Shown: positions 14,067-22,256, counted from the stretch's first letter. The stretch is 32,000 bases of DNA from Geobacter sulfurreducens PCA (GCF_000007985.2 NC_002939.5:1-32000), one strand, 5' to 3'. Translations and numbers: made by a program. The notes: generated by a model not told the origin, from the letters alone.

Positions 14067-15613
14067 GCGGCTACAAGGTATTCATCGTCGACGATGAAGC
14101 GGATATCGCCCTCATCCTCAAGCTGCAACTGGAGGATGCCGGCTATCGGACCATGCGGGCGCGGGACGGGATCGAGGCCCTGGACGCTCTCGAACGGGAG
14201 AGCTTCGACCTGGTATTGCTCGATATCCGCATGCCGCGCATGGACGGAATCGAGGTCCTGGAGCGAATCCGGGACCGGTGGCCCGATCTGGTGGTGATCA
14301 TGATGACCGCCCACGGGAGCGAGGACATCGCCGTAGAGGCCATGAAAAAGGGGGCGGTGGATTACATCTCCAAGCCCTTTTCCTCCGATGATATGAAAAA
14401 GCGAGTGGAACGCGCCATCCAGTTCAACCGGACCAGACTTGAAAACGAGCGGCTGCAACGGGTGCTCGACGAGGAACGGCGGAAGATGGGGGCGATCCTT
14501 CGGGGGATGGCGGACCTTCTCGTGGCGGTGGACCGCGAGGGAAGGATCATCACCATCAACCGGGCAGCCGAGGAACGCTTCGGCATTGCGGCCGACGGAG
14601 TACAGAATCAGCCGGTGGAGCTACTCCTGAAAACAGATATCCCGGGGGAGCGCCTCCCCTGTCGCGTGGTGCTGGCCACCGGCGACCCCTGTCTTGACGT
14701 GACCTATGCCGTGCAGGCGGGCGGTGGCATGATCCCGGTCCTGTCCAGCGCAACTCCCCTCAAGGGCGCTGGCGGGGAAATGATGGGATGCGTGGAAATC
14801 ATCAGGGACATCTCCACCCTCAAGGCCCTTGAACGGGAGCGCGAGGATTTCGTCTCCATGCTCTCCCACGACTTGAAGACCCCCATCACCGCCGTGGTCG
14901 GCTCCATCGACCTGGTGCGGGAGGGGCGGATCGGCCCGGTCAACGCAGAGCAGCGCTCCTACCTTGATTCGGCCATGGAAAGCTGTGCCGAGATGGTGGA
15001 TATGATCGACACGCTGCTCGACGTCCACAGGTTCGAGGCGGGGAGAATGGTCATGGCGGCCCGGCTCGAAGACCTGGGACCGCTCATGGCCCGGACCCTA
15101 GGGCGTTTCGACTCAGTGGCCCGACGGGCGGGCATTGCCCTGGTTCTGACGCTCCCCGACTATCCTCTGGCCCTGTCGCTGGACCGCAACCAGTTCGCCA
15201 GGCTCATGGGCAATCTCATTGCCAATGCCATCAAGTTTACCCAAGAGGGGGGAGAGATCGAGGTGAGCGCCCGGCTTCTGAACGACCCGGCAGAACTTGT
15301 GGGCCGCATTCCCCGGGAAAGCTATCCCGATGTGCCGTTGCCGCCGCTGAACCCTCATCTGCTCATCACGGTGCGGGACACGGGGGTCGGCATCCCGGCC
15401 GACTCCCTCGTCAGCATCTTCGATCGCTTTGTCCAGGCCCGCAACCGCAGGTTGGGGAAATCGACCGGCACCGGGCTCGGCCTTGCCTTCTGCCGCAAGG
15501 TGATGGACGCCCACCACGGCTATATCTGGGCGGAGAGCGTCGAAGGGGAAGGCAGTTCCTTCAACATGCTGTTCCCTCTCACGAACGAAGCGTACGCCGC
15601 GACGGGAGGATAA
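14063..15613 (+). CDS. Hybrid histidine kinase with N-terminal receiver: REC, PAS, HisKA, HATPase (516 aa)
   Basis: Receiver motifs FIVDDEADIA, LVLLDIRMP (phospho-acceptor Asp) and SKPF. PAS. H-box SHDLKTPITAV. NLIANAIKF. GTGLGLAFCRK. The start ATG overlaps the upstream stop (ATGA at 14063-14066). Confidence 0.9.
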   Translation: MSGYKVFIVDDEADIALILKLQLEDAGYRTMRARDGIEALDALERESFDLVLLDIRMPRMDGIEVLERIRDRWPDLVVIMMTAHGSEDIAVEAMKKGAVDYISKPFSSDDMKKRVERAIQFNRTRLENERLQRVLDEERRKMGAILRGMADLLVAVDREGRIITINRAAEERFGIAADGVQNQPVELLLKTDIPGERLPCRVVLATGDPCLDVTYAVQAGGGMIPVLSSATPLKGAGGEMMGCVEIIRDISTLKALEREREDFVSMLSHDLKTPITAVVGSIDLVREGRIGPVNAEQRSYLDSAMESCAEMVDMIDTLLDVHRFEAGRMVMAARLEDLGPLMARTLGRFDSVARRAGIALVLTLPDYPLALSLDRNQFARLMGNLIANAIKFTQEGGEIEVSARLLNDPAELVGRIPRESYPDVPLPPLNPHLLITVRDTGVGIPADSLVSIFDRFVQARNRRLGKSTGTGLGLAFCRKVMDAHHGYIWAESVEGEGSSFNMLFPLTNEAYAATGG

Positions 15614-15617
15614 CGGC

Positions 15618-17117
15618 ATGGGCAACGAACATCGCCGTGCTCCCCATCAAATTGCGGCCATCTACCTTGTGGTGGGGATGTTCTGGATTCTTTTTTCCGA
15701 CCGCATCCTGACGGGGATCGCACCGGAGGCGGCGCAGCTCACCCGACTGCAGACCGCTAAGGGATGGTTTTACGTGGCCGCAACCGCCGGCCTGCTCTAC
15801 TGGCTCGTCCGCCGCTACGCACTGAGCGCTGAACGGGCCGAAGACGAACTACGCGCCCGCAACGAAGAGCTGTGCATGGTGGAAGAAGAACTGCGCCAGC
15901 AGCTGGACGAGTATGAAAAGAGCCAATTTGAGCTGCACGAGACGAACCAGGCTTTGCGCGCGTCAGAGGAGCGCTATCGCGTTCTGTTTGCCAGCAATCC
16001 ACACCCCATGTGGGTCTGCGACCTTGACACCAAGGCCTTTCTGGAGGTAAACGACGCCGCGGTAACACATTACGGCTACTCGCGCGAGGAGTTCCTCGCC
16101 ATGACCATGCGTGATATCGGGCCGGCCGCCGGTAGTCCGGCCCCCGGGGAGGGCGCGGCGCAGGCACGGGAATGTCCCTGCCTGAAGCCGACCGGTATCC
16201 AGTGCCACCGGAAAAAGGACGGGACCCTGATCGCCGTCGAGATTACCTCTCATACCCTTGATTTCGGCGGTCGGCCCGCAGAAGTGGTTTTGGCCAGCAA
16301 CGTAACCGAGCGGATCAAGGCGGATGAAGAAGTCCGTCGTCTCAACGCCGAGTTGGAGGAGCGGGTGGAGGCGCGTACCCAGGAATTGCAACGGGCGAAT
16401 CGCGAGCTGGAGTCCTTCAGCTACTCCGTGTCCCATGACCTGAGGGCGCCGCTCAGGCACATCGACGGCTTCAGCAGGATGCTGGTGGAGGATTACGGGG
16501 AGCGGATCGATACCGCGGGCAAGGGATACATCCAGAGAATCAGGTCGGCTGCCCAGCGGATGGGGTGTCTCATCGACGACCTGTTGCAGCTGGCCAATGT
16601 GAGCCGGAGCGAGCTGGAAAAACGCCAGGTGAACCTGAGCGCGCTTGCCCAGGTGATCGGCCTGGGGCTGAAACAGATCGAAGGGCGGGAGGATGTGACC
16701 CTGCGCATCACGGAGGGGGTCATGGCGTTCGGCGACCCGCGGCTGTTGCGGGTTGTGCTGGAAAATCTCCTGAGCAACGCGTGGAAGTACACCGGCAAGC
16801 GCGCCGATGCCGTCATCGAGTTTGCCGTTGAGGAACAGGGCAGCGGGCGGCCCGTCTACCTAGTCCGTGACAACGGGGTCGGTTTCGACATGACCTTTGC
16901 CGGCAAGCTCTTCACCCCGTTCCAGCGCCTGCACAGTGCCGACGAGTTCGAGGGAACCGGCATCGGTCTCGCCACGGTGCGCCGCATCGTGGAGCGGCAC
17001 GGCGGTACCGTCTGGGTCGAGGCAGCCCCGGATCACGGTGCCACATTCTACTTCACCCTGGGCGAGGAAGAGCACCTCGCCCGGAATTCCGACAAAGAGG
17101 ACGGAACAACCCAATGA
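15618..17117 (+). CDS. Membrane-anchored PAS histidine kinase with no sizeable periplasmic domain (499 aa)
   Basis: Two N-terminal hydrophobic helices (IAAIYLVVGMFWILF, GWFYVAATAGLLYWLV) joined by a ~20-aa loop. Coiled coil and PAS. H-box SHDLRAPLRHIDGF. NLLSNAWKY. GTGIGLATVRR. RBS GGGAGGA 7 nt before the ATG, which lies 4 nt after the previous stop. Confidence 0.9.
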   Translation: MGNEHRRAPHQIAAIYLVVGMFWILFSDRILTGIAPEAAQLTRLQTAKGWFYVAATAGLLYWLVRRYALSAERAEDELRARNEELCMVEEELRQQLDEYEKSQFELHETNQALRASEERYRVLFASNPHPMWVCDLDTKAFLEVNDAAVTHYGYSREEFLAMTMRDIGPAAGSPAPGEGAAQARECPCLKPTGIQCHRKKDGTLIAVEITSHTLDFGGRPAEVVLASNVTERIKADEEVRRLNAELEERVEARTQELQRANRELESFSYSVSHDLRAPLRHIDGFSRMLVEDYGERIDTAGKGYIQRIRSAAQRMGCLIDDLLQLANVSRSELEKRQVNLSALAQVIGLGLKQIEGREDVTLRITEGVMAFGDPRLLRVVLENLLSNAWKYTGKRADAVIEFAVEEQGSGRPVYLVRDNGVGFDMTFAGKLFTPFQRLHSADEFEGTGIGLATVRRIVERHGGTVWVEAAPDHGATFYFTLGEEEHLARNSDKEDGTTQ

Positions 17118-19297
17118 CCGAAAAGAAACTGCGACTGCTTCTCGTGGAGGATAGCGAGGACGATGCCCTGCTGCTCCTGAACGACCTGAAGCGCGGCGGC
17201 TACAGCGTGGAGCACGAGCGGGTCGAGACTGCCGCCGCCATGCGCGAGGCACTGGTGAAGCGGGAGTGGGACATTGTCATTTCCGACTACCGCCTGCCCC
17301 AGTTCACCGCGCCGGCAGCGCTTCAAATCCTCAAGCGCAGCGGTCTCGATCTACCCTTCATCATCGTGTCGGGGAAGATCGGTGAGGACATGCTTGTGGA
17401 CGCCATGCGCGCCGGTGCCCACGATTACCTCATGAAAGGAAACCTCTCCCGCCTCATTCCGGCCGTGGACCGGGAAATCCGCGAGGCATCGGAGCGGCGG
17501 ACCCGTCGCCGGGCCGAACGCTCCATCCGCCAAGGCAAGATCGAGTGGGAAGCGGCCTTTGACGCCGTGTCGGACATCGTGGTCCTGACCGATCCCACCG
17601 GTACCATCATCCGCTGCAACAGCAAGCTGATTCAGTACTTCGATACCACCTACAACGATGTGATCGGCACAAACATCACTGAGCTCTTTTACGGCAACGA
17701 TCCCGCCGGTGAAAGCATCTTCGGCCTCTGCGCCGATCTCAAGGCGGACGAAGACGATGTCCGCTTTCCCCGGCTGCCCGGGTGGTACAACGCTGCCTGC
17801 TACCCGATGCACCCCACCGAAAATGAGCATGGCTACGTCTACGTGATCAAGGACATCACCAAACGCAAGCGGATGGAGGAAGAGAAAAAGCTCACGGACC
17901 GGGAGCTCCTCACCCTCTACGCCGTGGCCTTTCGCCTCAACTCCCAGCGGGGCTCCAAGCGGATCATGGTTGATCTCCTCTCCCAGCTGCACCAGATGCT
18001 CCAGATCGACTGGTCCTGCATTCATCTCATGGAGAAAGGAAGTCTGAACCTCAGCGCCTGGCTGGGGCTGTCGCGGGAGTTTGCCGAGTCCTTCGGCTCC
18101 CTGTCGCGCAGCCTCCCCTGGGTCAAGGATGTGCTCGACGGCAAAAGCTTCAAGGCTGCCGAGATCGCCGGTCATTTCGGCCCGGAGGCGGAAGCGGCCG
18201 CGGAAGCCATGGGTATGGGAGCCTGGTGCGCCCTCCCCCTCAAGATCGGCTCCGGCGTCCTGGGCACCCTGTTCGTGGCCCATCGCCCCAACCGGGAATA
18301 CACTGACCGGGAGGTGTTCCTTCTCAACTCCATCGCCAATCAGATGGCGGTCCTCATCGAGAATCACACCCTCTACGATCGGATGAAGGAGAAGAACGAG
18401 GAGCTTGTCCGTAGCCGCAAGGCCCTCAAGGAGAACCTGGAGGAGGTGAAGCGGGCGAACATCGAACTGGGGCGCCTGAATGCCTCCAAAAACAGCTTTA
18501 TCGGTATGGCTTCCCATGAGCTGAAGACGCCGCTCACTTCCATCATCGGTGGGTTGCAGTTCCTCCTCTTCTACAGCGACATTCCCATGACCCCCGAGCA
18601 GAAGGAGATGATGCAGTCGGTATACGAGGGGGTGACCCAGCTCAAGGGAATCGTCGACGATCTCCTCTCCATCTCACGGATAGAGGCCAAGGGGTTCGCC
18701 GTCCATACCCGTCCCGTGAAGCTGTCGGATCTCTGTCAGGAGGTACGGCAGACCCTGCTGCTCCCCCTGTCCGAGCGGGACATCCGCCTGGAAATCGCCG
18801 ACGATCCCTGCCGCGTGCCGGCGGACGAGGGTTTTTGCCGCCTCGCGGTCCGCAACCTGACGGAAAACGCCATCAAGTTTACCCCTGACGGCGGACGGAT
18901 TGCCATTACCGGCCGGCTGGTCACCATGGAGGAACTCACGGCGGACGAGGAGCTGCTGCGCCCGTTCTACCGGGATTTCCCCGCCAATATCGCGGGGCAT
19001 CCCGGGTTCTACCGCTTGGACGTGGCCGATACGGGGATCGGAATCCCTCCCGATGAGGCGGTGCGGATCTTCGAGAAATTCTACGGCGTCGGCGACATCG
19101 AGTACCACTCCTCCGGCAAGACCGGCTTCATGTCCAAGGGGTCGGGGCTCGGCCTTTCCATCGTCAAGGGGATCATGGACGCCCACGGCGGCATGGTCTG
19201 GGTGACGTCGGGCGAGGGAGGCGGCGGGAGCGTCTTTTCCCTCCTGTTCCCCATGGATAACACGTGCGTCGTTCCCCTCCGGGGCGAAGCGAGGTAG
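17114..19297 (+). CDS. Hybrid histidine kinase with N-terminal receiver: REC, PAS, GAF-like, HisKA, HATPase (727 aa)
   Basis: Receiver motifs LLLVEDSEDDA, IVISDYRLP and YLMKG. PAS. GAF-like segment (..GVLGTLFVAHRPNREYTDREVFLLNSIANQMAV). H-box SHELKTPLTSI. NLTENAIKF. GSGLGLSIVKG. The start overlaps the upstream stop (ATGA at 17114-17117). Confidence 0.9.
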   Translation: MTEKKLRLLLVEDSEDDALLLLNDLKRGGYSVEHERVETAAAMREALVKREWDIVISDYRLPQFTAPAALQILKRSGLDLPFIIVSGKIGEDMLVDAMRAGAHDYLMKGNLSRLIPAVDREIREASERRTRRRAERSIRQGKIEWEAAFDAVSDIVVLTDPTGTIIRCNSKLIQYFDTTYNDVIGTNITELFYGNDPAGESIFGLCADLKADEDDVRFPRLPGWYNAACYPMHPTENEHGYVYVIKDITKRKRMEEEKKLTDRELLTLYAVAFRLNSQRGSKRIMVDLLSQLHQMLQIDWSCIHLMEKGSLNLSAWLGLSREFAESFGSLSRSLPWVKDVLDGKSFKAAEIAGHFGPEAEAAAEAMGMGAWCALPLKIGSGVLGTLFVAHRPNREYTDREVFLLNSIANQMAVLIENHTLYDRMKEKNEELVRSRKALKENLEEVKRANIELGRLNASKNSFIGMASHELKTPLTSIIGGLQFLLFYSDIPMTPEQKEMMQSVYEGVTQLKGIVDDLLSISRIEAKGFAVHTRPVKLSDLCQEVRQTLLLPLSERDIRLEIADDPCRVPADEGFCRLAVRNLTENAIKFTPDGGRIAITGRLVTMEELTADEELLRPFYRDFPANIAGHPGFYRLDVADTGIGIPPDEAVRIFEKFYGVGDIEYHSSGKTGFMSKGSGLGLSIVKGIMDAHGGMVWVTSGEGGGGSVFSLLFPMDNTCVVPLRGEAR

Positions 19298-19304
19298 CGA
19301 GCGC

Positions 19305-20231
19305 GTGCCGGCCGCCCTCTCACTGCACGAGCTGACCAAGCACTACGGCACCCTCACGGCCGTGGATCGCTTTTCCCTGAAGGTCGACCGAGGTACCATC
19401 TTTGCCCTGCTGGGTCCCAACGGCGCCGGCAAGACCACCATCATCCGCATCCTCACCACGGTCCTTCGTCCGGACAGCGGCACGGCCCGGGTGGAGGATT
19501 TCGACGTCCAGCGCCAGGGGCGGGAGGTGCGCCGGCTTATCGGCGTGGTGCCCCAAGACAACAACCTGGATCGTTACCTCACCGCCCGGGAAAACCTGGT
19601 CATGCAGGCCCGGCTCCACGGTATGCCGTCGGCGGAGACCAACCGGCGGGTGGACGAGCTCCTGGAACTCGTGGGGCTCTCCGGGCGTCGCAACGATTTT
19701 CCCGACACCTTTTCCGGCGGCATGCAGCGTCGGCTCGTGGTGGCGCGTGCCCTCGTGCATCGGCCGAAGGTCCTTTTCCTCGATGAACCGACCACGGGGC
19801 TTGACCCCCAGTCACGCCGCGCCGTGTGGGACTACGTGGCATCCCTCAAGGATACCATGACCATTTTTCTTACCACCCACTACATGGATGAGGCCGACGC
19901 CCTCTGCGACCGGATCGTGATCATGGACCACGGCCGGCTTCTGGTGGACGGGAGCGCTTCCCAGCTCAAAGAACGGATGGCCCATGCCCACCACTACGAA
20001 CTCCAGTTCCGGGCCCATGCCGACCGTTACGAGAAAATGCTGAAGGGGTTCCCCTTTGTCCGGTCCCTCCAGCGTACGGGCGACCTGTTCCGCCTCTCGC
20101 TTGCGGGCGAGGAATTCCTCAAGCCCCTCATGGATGCCATCGGCACTGAGGACATCCGGAAGGTCTGCCTCCGGGAGCCGACCCTGGAGGATGTTTTCAT
20201 CGAACTGACGGGTCGTGACGTGCGGGAATGA
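19305..20231 (+). CDS. ABC transporter ATP-binding protein, ABC-2/DrrA-like, no adjacent permease (308 aa)
   Basis: Walker A GPNGAGKTT, signature FSGGMQRRL, Walker B LFLDEPTTGLD, H-loop TTHYMDEA, and a ~90-aa C-terminal extension. GTG start 7 nt after the kinase stop. A terminator and the convergent hemY follow. Confidence 0.88.
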   Translation: MPAALSLHELTKHYGTLTAVDRFSLKVDRGTIFALLGPNGAGKTTIIRILTTVLRPDSGTARVEDFDVQRQGREVRRLIGVVPQDNNLDRYLTARENLVMQARLHGMPSAETNRRVDELLELVGLSGRRNDFPDTFSGGMQRRLVVARALVHRPKVLFLDEPTTGLDPQSRRAVWDYVASLKDTMTIFLTTHYMDEADALCDRIVIMDHGRLLVDGSASQLKERMAHAHHYELQFRAHADRYEKMLKGFPFVRSLQRTGDLFRLSLAGEEFLKPLMDAIGTEDIRKVCLREPTLEDVFIELTGRDVRE

Positions 20232-20261
20232 GATCGGGCGGGGCAACGGCAGGAAATATGG

Positions 20262-20288
20262 AAGGGGGGCATGGCGCCCCCCTTTTCT
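20262..20288. terminator. Bidirectional intrinsic terminator between the ABC ATPase gene and hemY
   Basis: AAGGGGGGC (20262-20270), loop ATGGC, GCCCCCCTT (20276-20284): a perfect 9-bp stem followed by TTCTGTCTGTT. It lies between convergent stop codons (20229-20231 and 20295-20297). Confidence 0.65.
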
Positions 20289-20294
20289 GTCTGT

Positions 20295-21704
20295 TCAGCG
20301 GGATGTGAGCTGGGCGATGGCCTCGCCGGCGGTGCGGTTGGCGGCGGCCACGCAGTCGTTGAGGCCGATACCCCGGTAAGAGTTGCCGGTGAGGAAAAGT
20401 CCCGGCAGGGAGGCGGCTCTCTGCTCCAGAGCGGCTACGCGTGTGGAGTGCCCCACGGTGTACTGGGGGATGGCCTGGTGATGGCGGAAGATGCGGACGA
20501 ACGAAGGAGGCGCCGTGATGCCCATGATGGTGGCGAGGTCGTTCTTCACCCGCCCAGTGACCTCCTCGTCGGTCAGGTTGACGTATTCGGGGAAGCAGGC
20601 CCCCCCCATCATGCTGCGCAGGAGGACCTGACCTTCCGGCGCCCGGTTCTCGAAGATGCTCGAATCCCAGAGCGTGCCCAGGGTATTCATCCCCTCCTCC
20701 TTTGGAATGAGATAGCCGAAGCCGTTCAGATCGTGGGCGATCCGCTCCCGGTCATATCCGAAGCAGACAACGGTCATGGTGGCGTAGGGGATCTGCCGGA
20801 GAATGCCGGCCATGTCGGAGTCCACTCCCTGAATGATGGAGGCGGTGGCATAGGCGGGGGTCGCCAGGATCACCAGATCGGCGTCCATATCGATGCTTCC
20901 GGTCCGCACCCGCCAGGGGAGGCTTCCGCCCCGCGAAACTTCCAGCACTTCCTGGCCCGATACGATAGTGTCCGGACCGAGACGCTCGGCCAGGATATCG
21001 GTGAGGGCCTGGATGCCGTCCCGGAACGAGGTGAGCACCCCGCCCGGTCCGGCGGCGCTGGCCACCGCCTTTCCTTGAGCGACCTCCTGCTTCTTCTTTT
21101 TCGCCAGACGGATCATGGCCCGCACCAAGCTGCCGTATTCATCCTCCAACTCGGCGATGCGGGGAAAGCACGACCGCAGGGACATGGTTTCCGGATTGCC
21201 GGCAAAAATCCCCGACACCATGGGCGCAATCAGCTTGCGCAGCGCTTCGTCCCCCAGGCGGCGCCGGCCGAAGGCCGCCAGGGTTTCGTCCTCGTCGCCC
21301 GCTTTTTTCGGAATGAACGGTTCCATGGCGAGCCGCAGCTTGCCCGGCCAGGAGATGAGACCGCTTTTGAGAAACATGGGTCCGTTCTCGGGTAGGCGGT
21401 TCAGCGCCCCGCCGGTGTAGATGAACCGCTTGCGGGCGTTGTCGTTGCTCCGCAGGAGCAGGTCAGACGCGCCCAGTTCCCGGCAGAGGTCGAGGGTCTG
21501 GGGTTTGGAGTCCAGAAAACCGTTGGGGCCCCACTCGCAGAGATACCCCTCCTCCTTGATGCTCCAGATTTTGCCCCCCAGGCGTTCCTCCCGCTCCACC
21601 AGGGTCACGTCGAGCTCAAGTCCTTCCTCCGCGGCCCGGGTTTTCAGCAGGTACGCGGTGGCGAGCCCTGAGATGCCGCCGCCGGCCACAATCGCCTTTT
21701 TCAT
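20295..21704 (-). CDS. hemY: Protoporphyrinogen/coproporphyrinogen oxidase, HemY (PPOX) family flavoprotein (469 aa)
   Basis: N-terminal FAD dinucleotide fold MKKAIVAGGGISGLATAYLL and ERLGGKI. Full-length similarity pattern to HemY-type oxidases. Strong RBS GGAAGGAGAGAG upstream of the ATG. Confidence 0.88.
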   Translation of the reverse strand: MKKAIVAGGGISGLATAYLLKTRAAEEGLELDVTLVEREERLGGKIWSIKEEGYLCEWGPNGFLDSKPQTLDLCRELGASDLLLRSNDNARKRFIYTGGALNRLPENGPMFLKSGLISWPGKLRLAMEPFIPKKAGDEDETLAAFGRRRLGDEALRKLIAPMVSGIFAGNPETMSLRSCFPRIAELEDEYGSLVRAMIRLAKKKKQEVAQGKAVASAAGPGGVLTSFRDGIQALTDILAERLGPDTIVSGQEVLEVSRGGSLPWRVRTGSIDMDADLVILATPAYATASIIQGVDSDMAGILRQIPYATMTVVCFGYDRERIAHDLNGFGYLIPKEEGMNTLGTLWDSSIFENRAPEGQVLLRSMMGGACFPEYVNLTDEEVTGRVKNDLATIMGITAPPSFVRIFRHHQAIPQYTVGHSTRVAALEQRAASLPGLFLTGNSYRGIGLNDCVAAANRTAGEAIAQLTSR

Positions 21705-21721
21705 GTTCTCTCTCCTTCCGC

Positions 21722-21730
21722 TGTGGATAA
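21722..21730 (-). promoter_or_regulatory. Perfect consensus DnaA box (TTATCCACA on the minus strand) in the marR-hemY spacer
   Basis: The plus strand reads TGTGGATAA at 21722-21730, a 9/9 match. It lies 17 nt upstream of the hemY ATG (21704) and 15 nt downstream of the marR stop codon (21746-21748). Confidence 0.5.
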
Positions 21731-21745
21731 ACTGTCTTTGTACGG

Positions 21746-22174
21746 TTATTCGAGTTTGCCGAGAACGTCCGCAATGGTCTCGAAAGCGGTGGCGAGGCGT
21801 TCCTGGTCCCCTTCAGGCAGTCGGGCGAAGAGCTGCCGGTAGTTTTCGATGATGCCGTGCCTTAGTTCGCGGATGAGCTCTTCGCCCCGGTCGGTGGTGT
21901 AGATGATCACTTGGCGGCGGTTGTCCTCATCCACGGCCCGATACACGATACCCAGGTTAACGAGGCGTTCCACCATTTCACTGGCTGAGCTCATGGCGAT
22001 TCCAAGTTCACGGGCCAGCAGGTTGAGCGGGCAGCTCCCCTTGTCGTAAATGGTGAGGAGCATCTTATACTGGTTGTAAGTCAGGTCCATGCCGTCATGG
22101 ACGAGGCTTCTGATCCGCCCCATCACGCGCATGATCACGGGGTACAACTGCGCTATCCGTTCAATCTGTTCCAT
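21746..22174 (-). CDS. MarR-family winged-helix transcriptional regulator (142 aa)
   Basis: Size and motif pattern are typical of MarR: LTYNQYKMLLTIY, LARELGIAMSSASEMVERLVNLGIVYR, and a wing with DEDNRRQV. Same strand as hemY and 41 nt upstream of it. Confidence 0.88.
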   Translation of the reverse strand: MEQIERIAQLYPVIMRVMGRIRSLVHDGMDLTYNQYKMLLTIYDKGSCPLNLLARELGIAMSSASEMVERLVNLGIVYRAVDEDNRRQVIIYTTDRGEELIRELRHGIIENYRQLFARLPEGDQERLATAFETIADVLGKLE

Positions 22175-22192
22175 ACGATCATCCCTGTTACG

Positions 22193-22213
22193 GTATACGA
22201 AATGTTCGGATAC
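22193..22213. promoter_or_regulatory. Imperfect 21-bp palindrome, candidate MarR operator
   Basis: GTATACGAA-ATG-TTCGGATAC, with arms matching 8/9. It lies between the predicted marR -10 element and the marR start codon, overlapping the predicted transcription start. Confidence 0.4.
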
Positions 22214-22217
22214 CTAA

Positions 22218-22246
22218 ATATTAGACTGATGAACTGATCCTGTCAA
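22218..22246 (-). promoter_or_regulatory. Sigma70-like promoter for marR(-hemY)
   Basis: On the minus strand: -35 TTGACA (plus-strand TGTCAA 22241-22246), a 17-nt spacer, and -10 TAATAT (plus-strand ATATTA 22218-22223). Confidence 0.5.
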
Positions 22247-22256
22247 CCCCTGTTCA

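Noticed and set aside
9840-18517. Long antisense ORFs over the hypothetical gene, gpsA and the kinases (9840-10802, 10625-11830, 11706-13667, 17351-18517, all minus strand)
   Set aside because: Each is fully shadowed by a plus-strand gene with clear domain motifs. Their translations are Arg/Pro/Gly/His-rich and featureless. The track's many shorter shadow ORFs, rich in R, P, S and A, have the same explanation.
20271-21395. 374-aa plus-strand ORF opposite hemY
   Set aside because: It is antisense to a gene with a clear FAD-fold N-terminus and a strong RBS. Its own start lies inside the terminator hairpin, and its composition is typical of an artefact.
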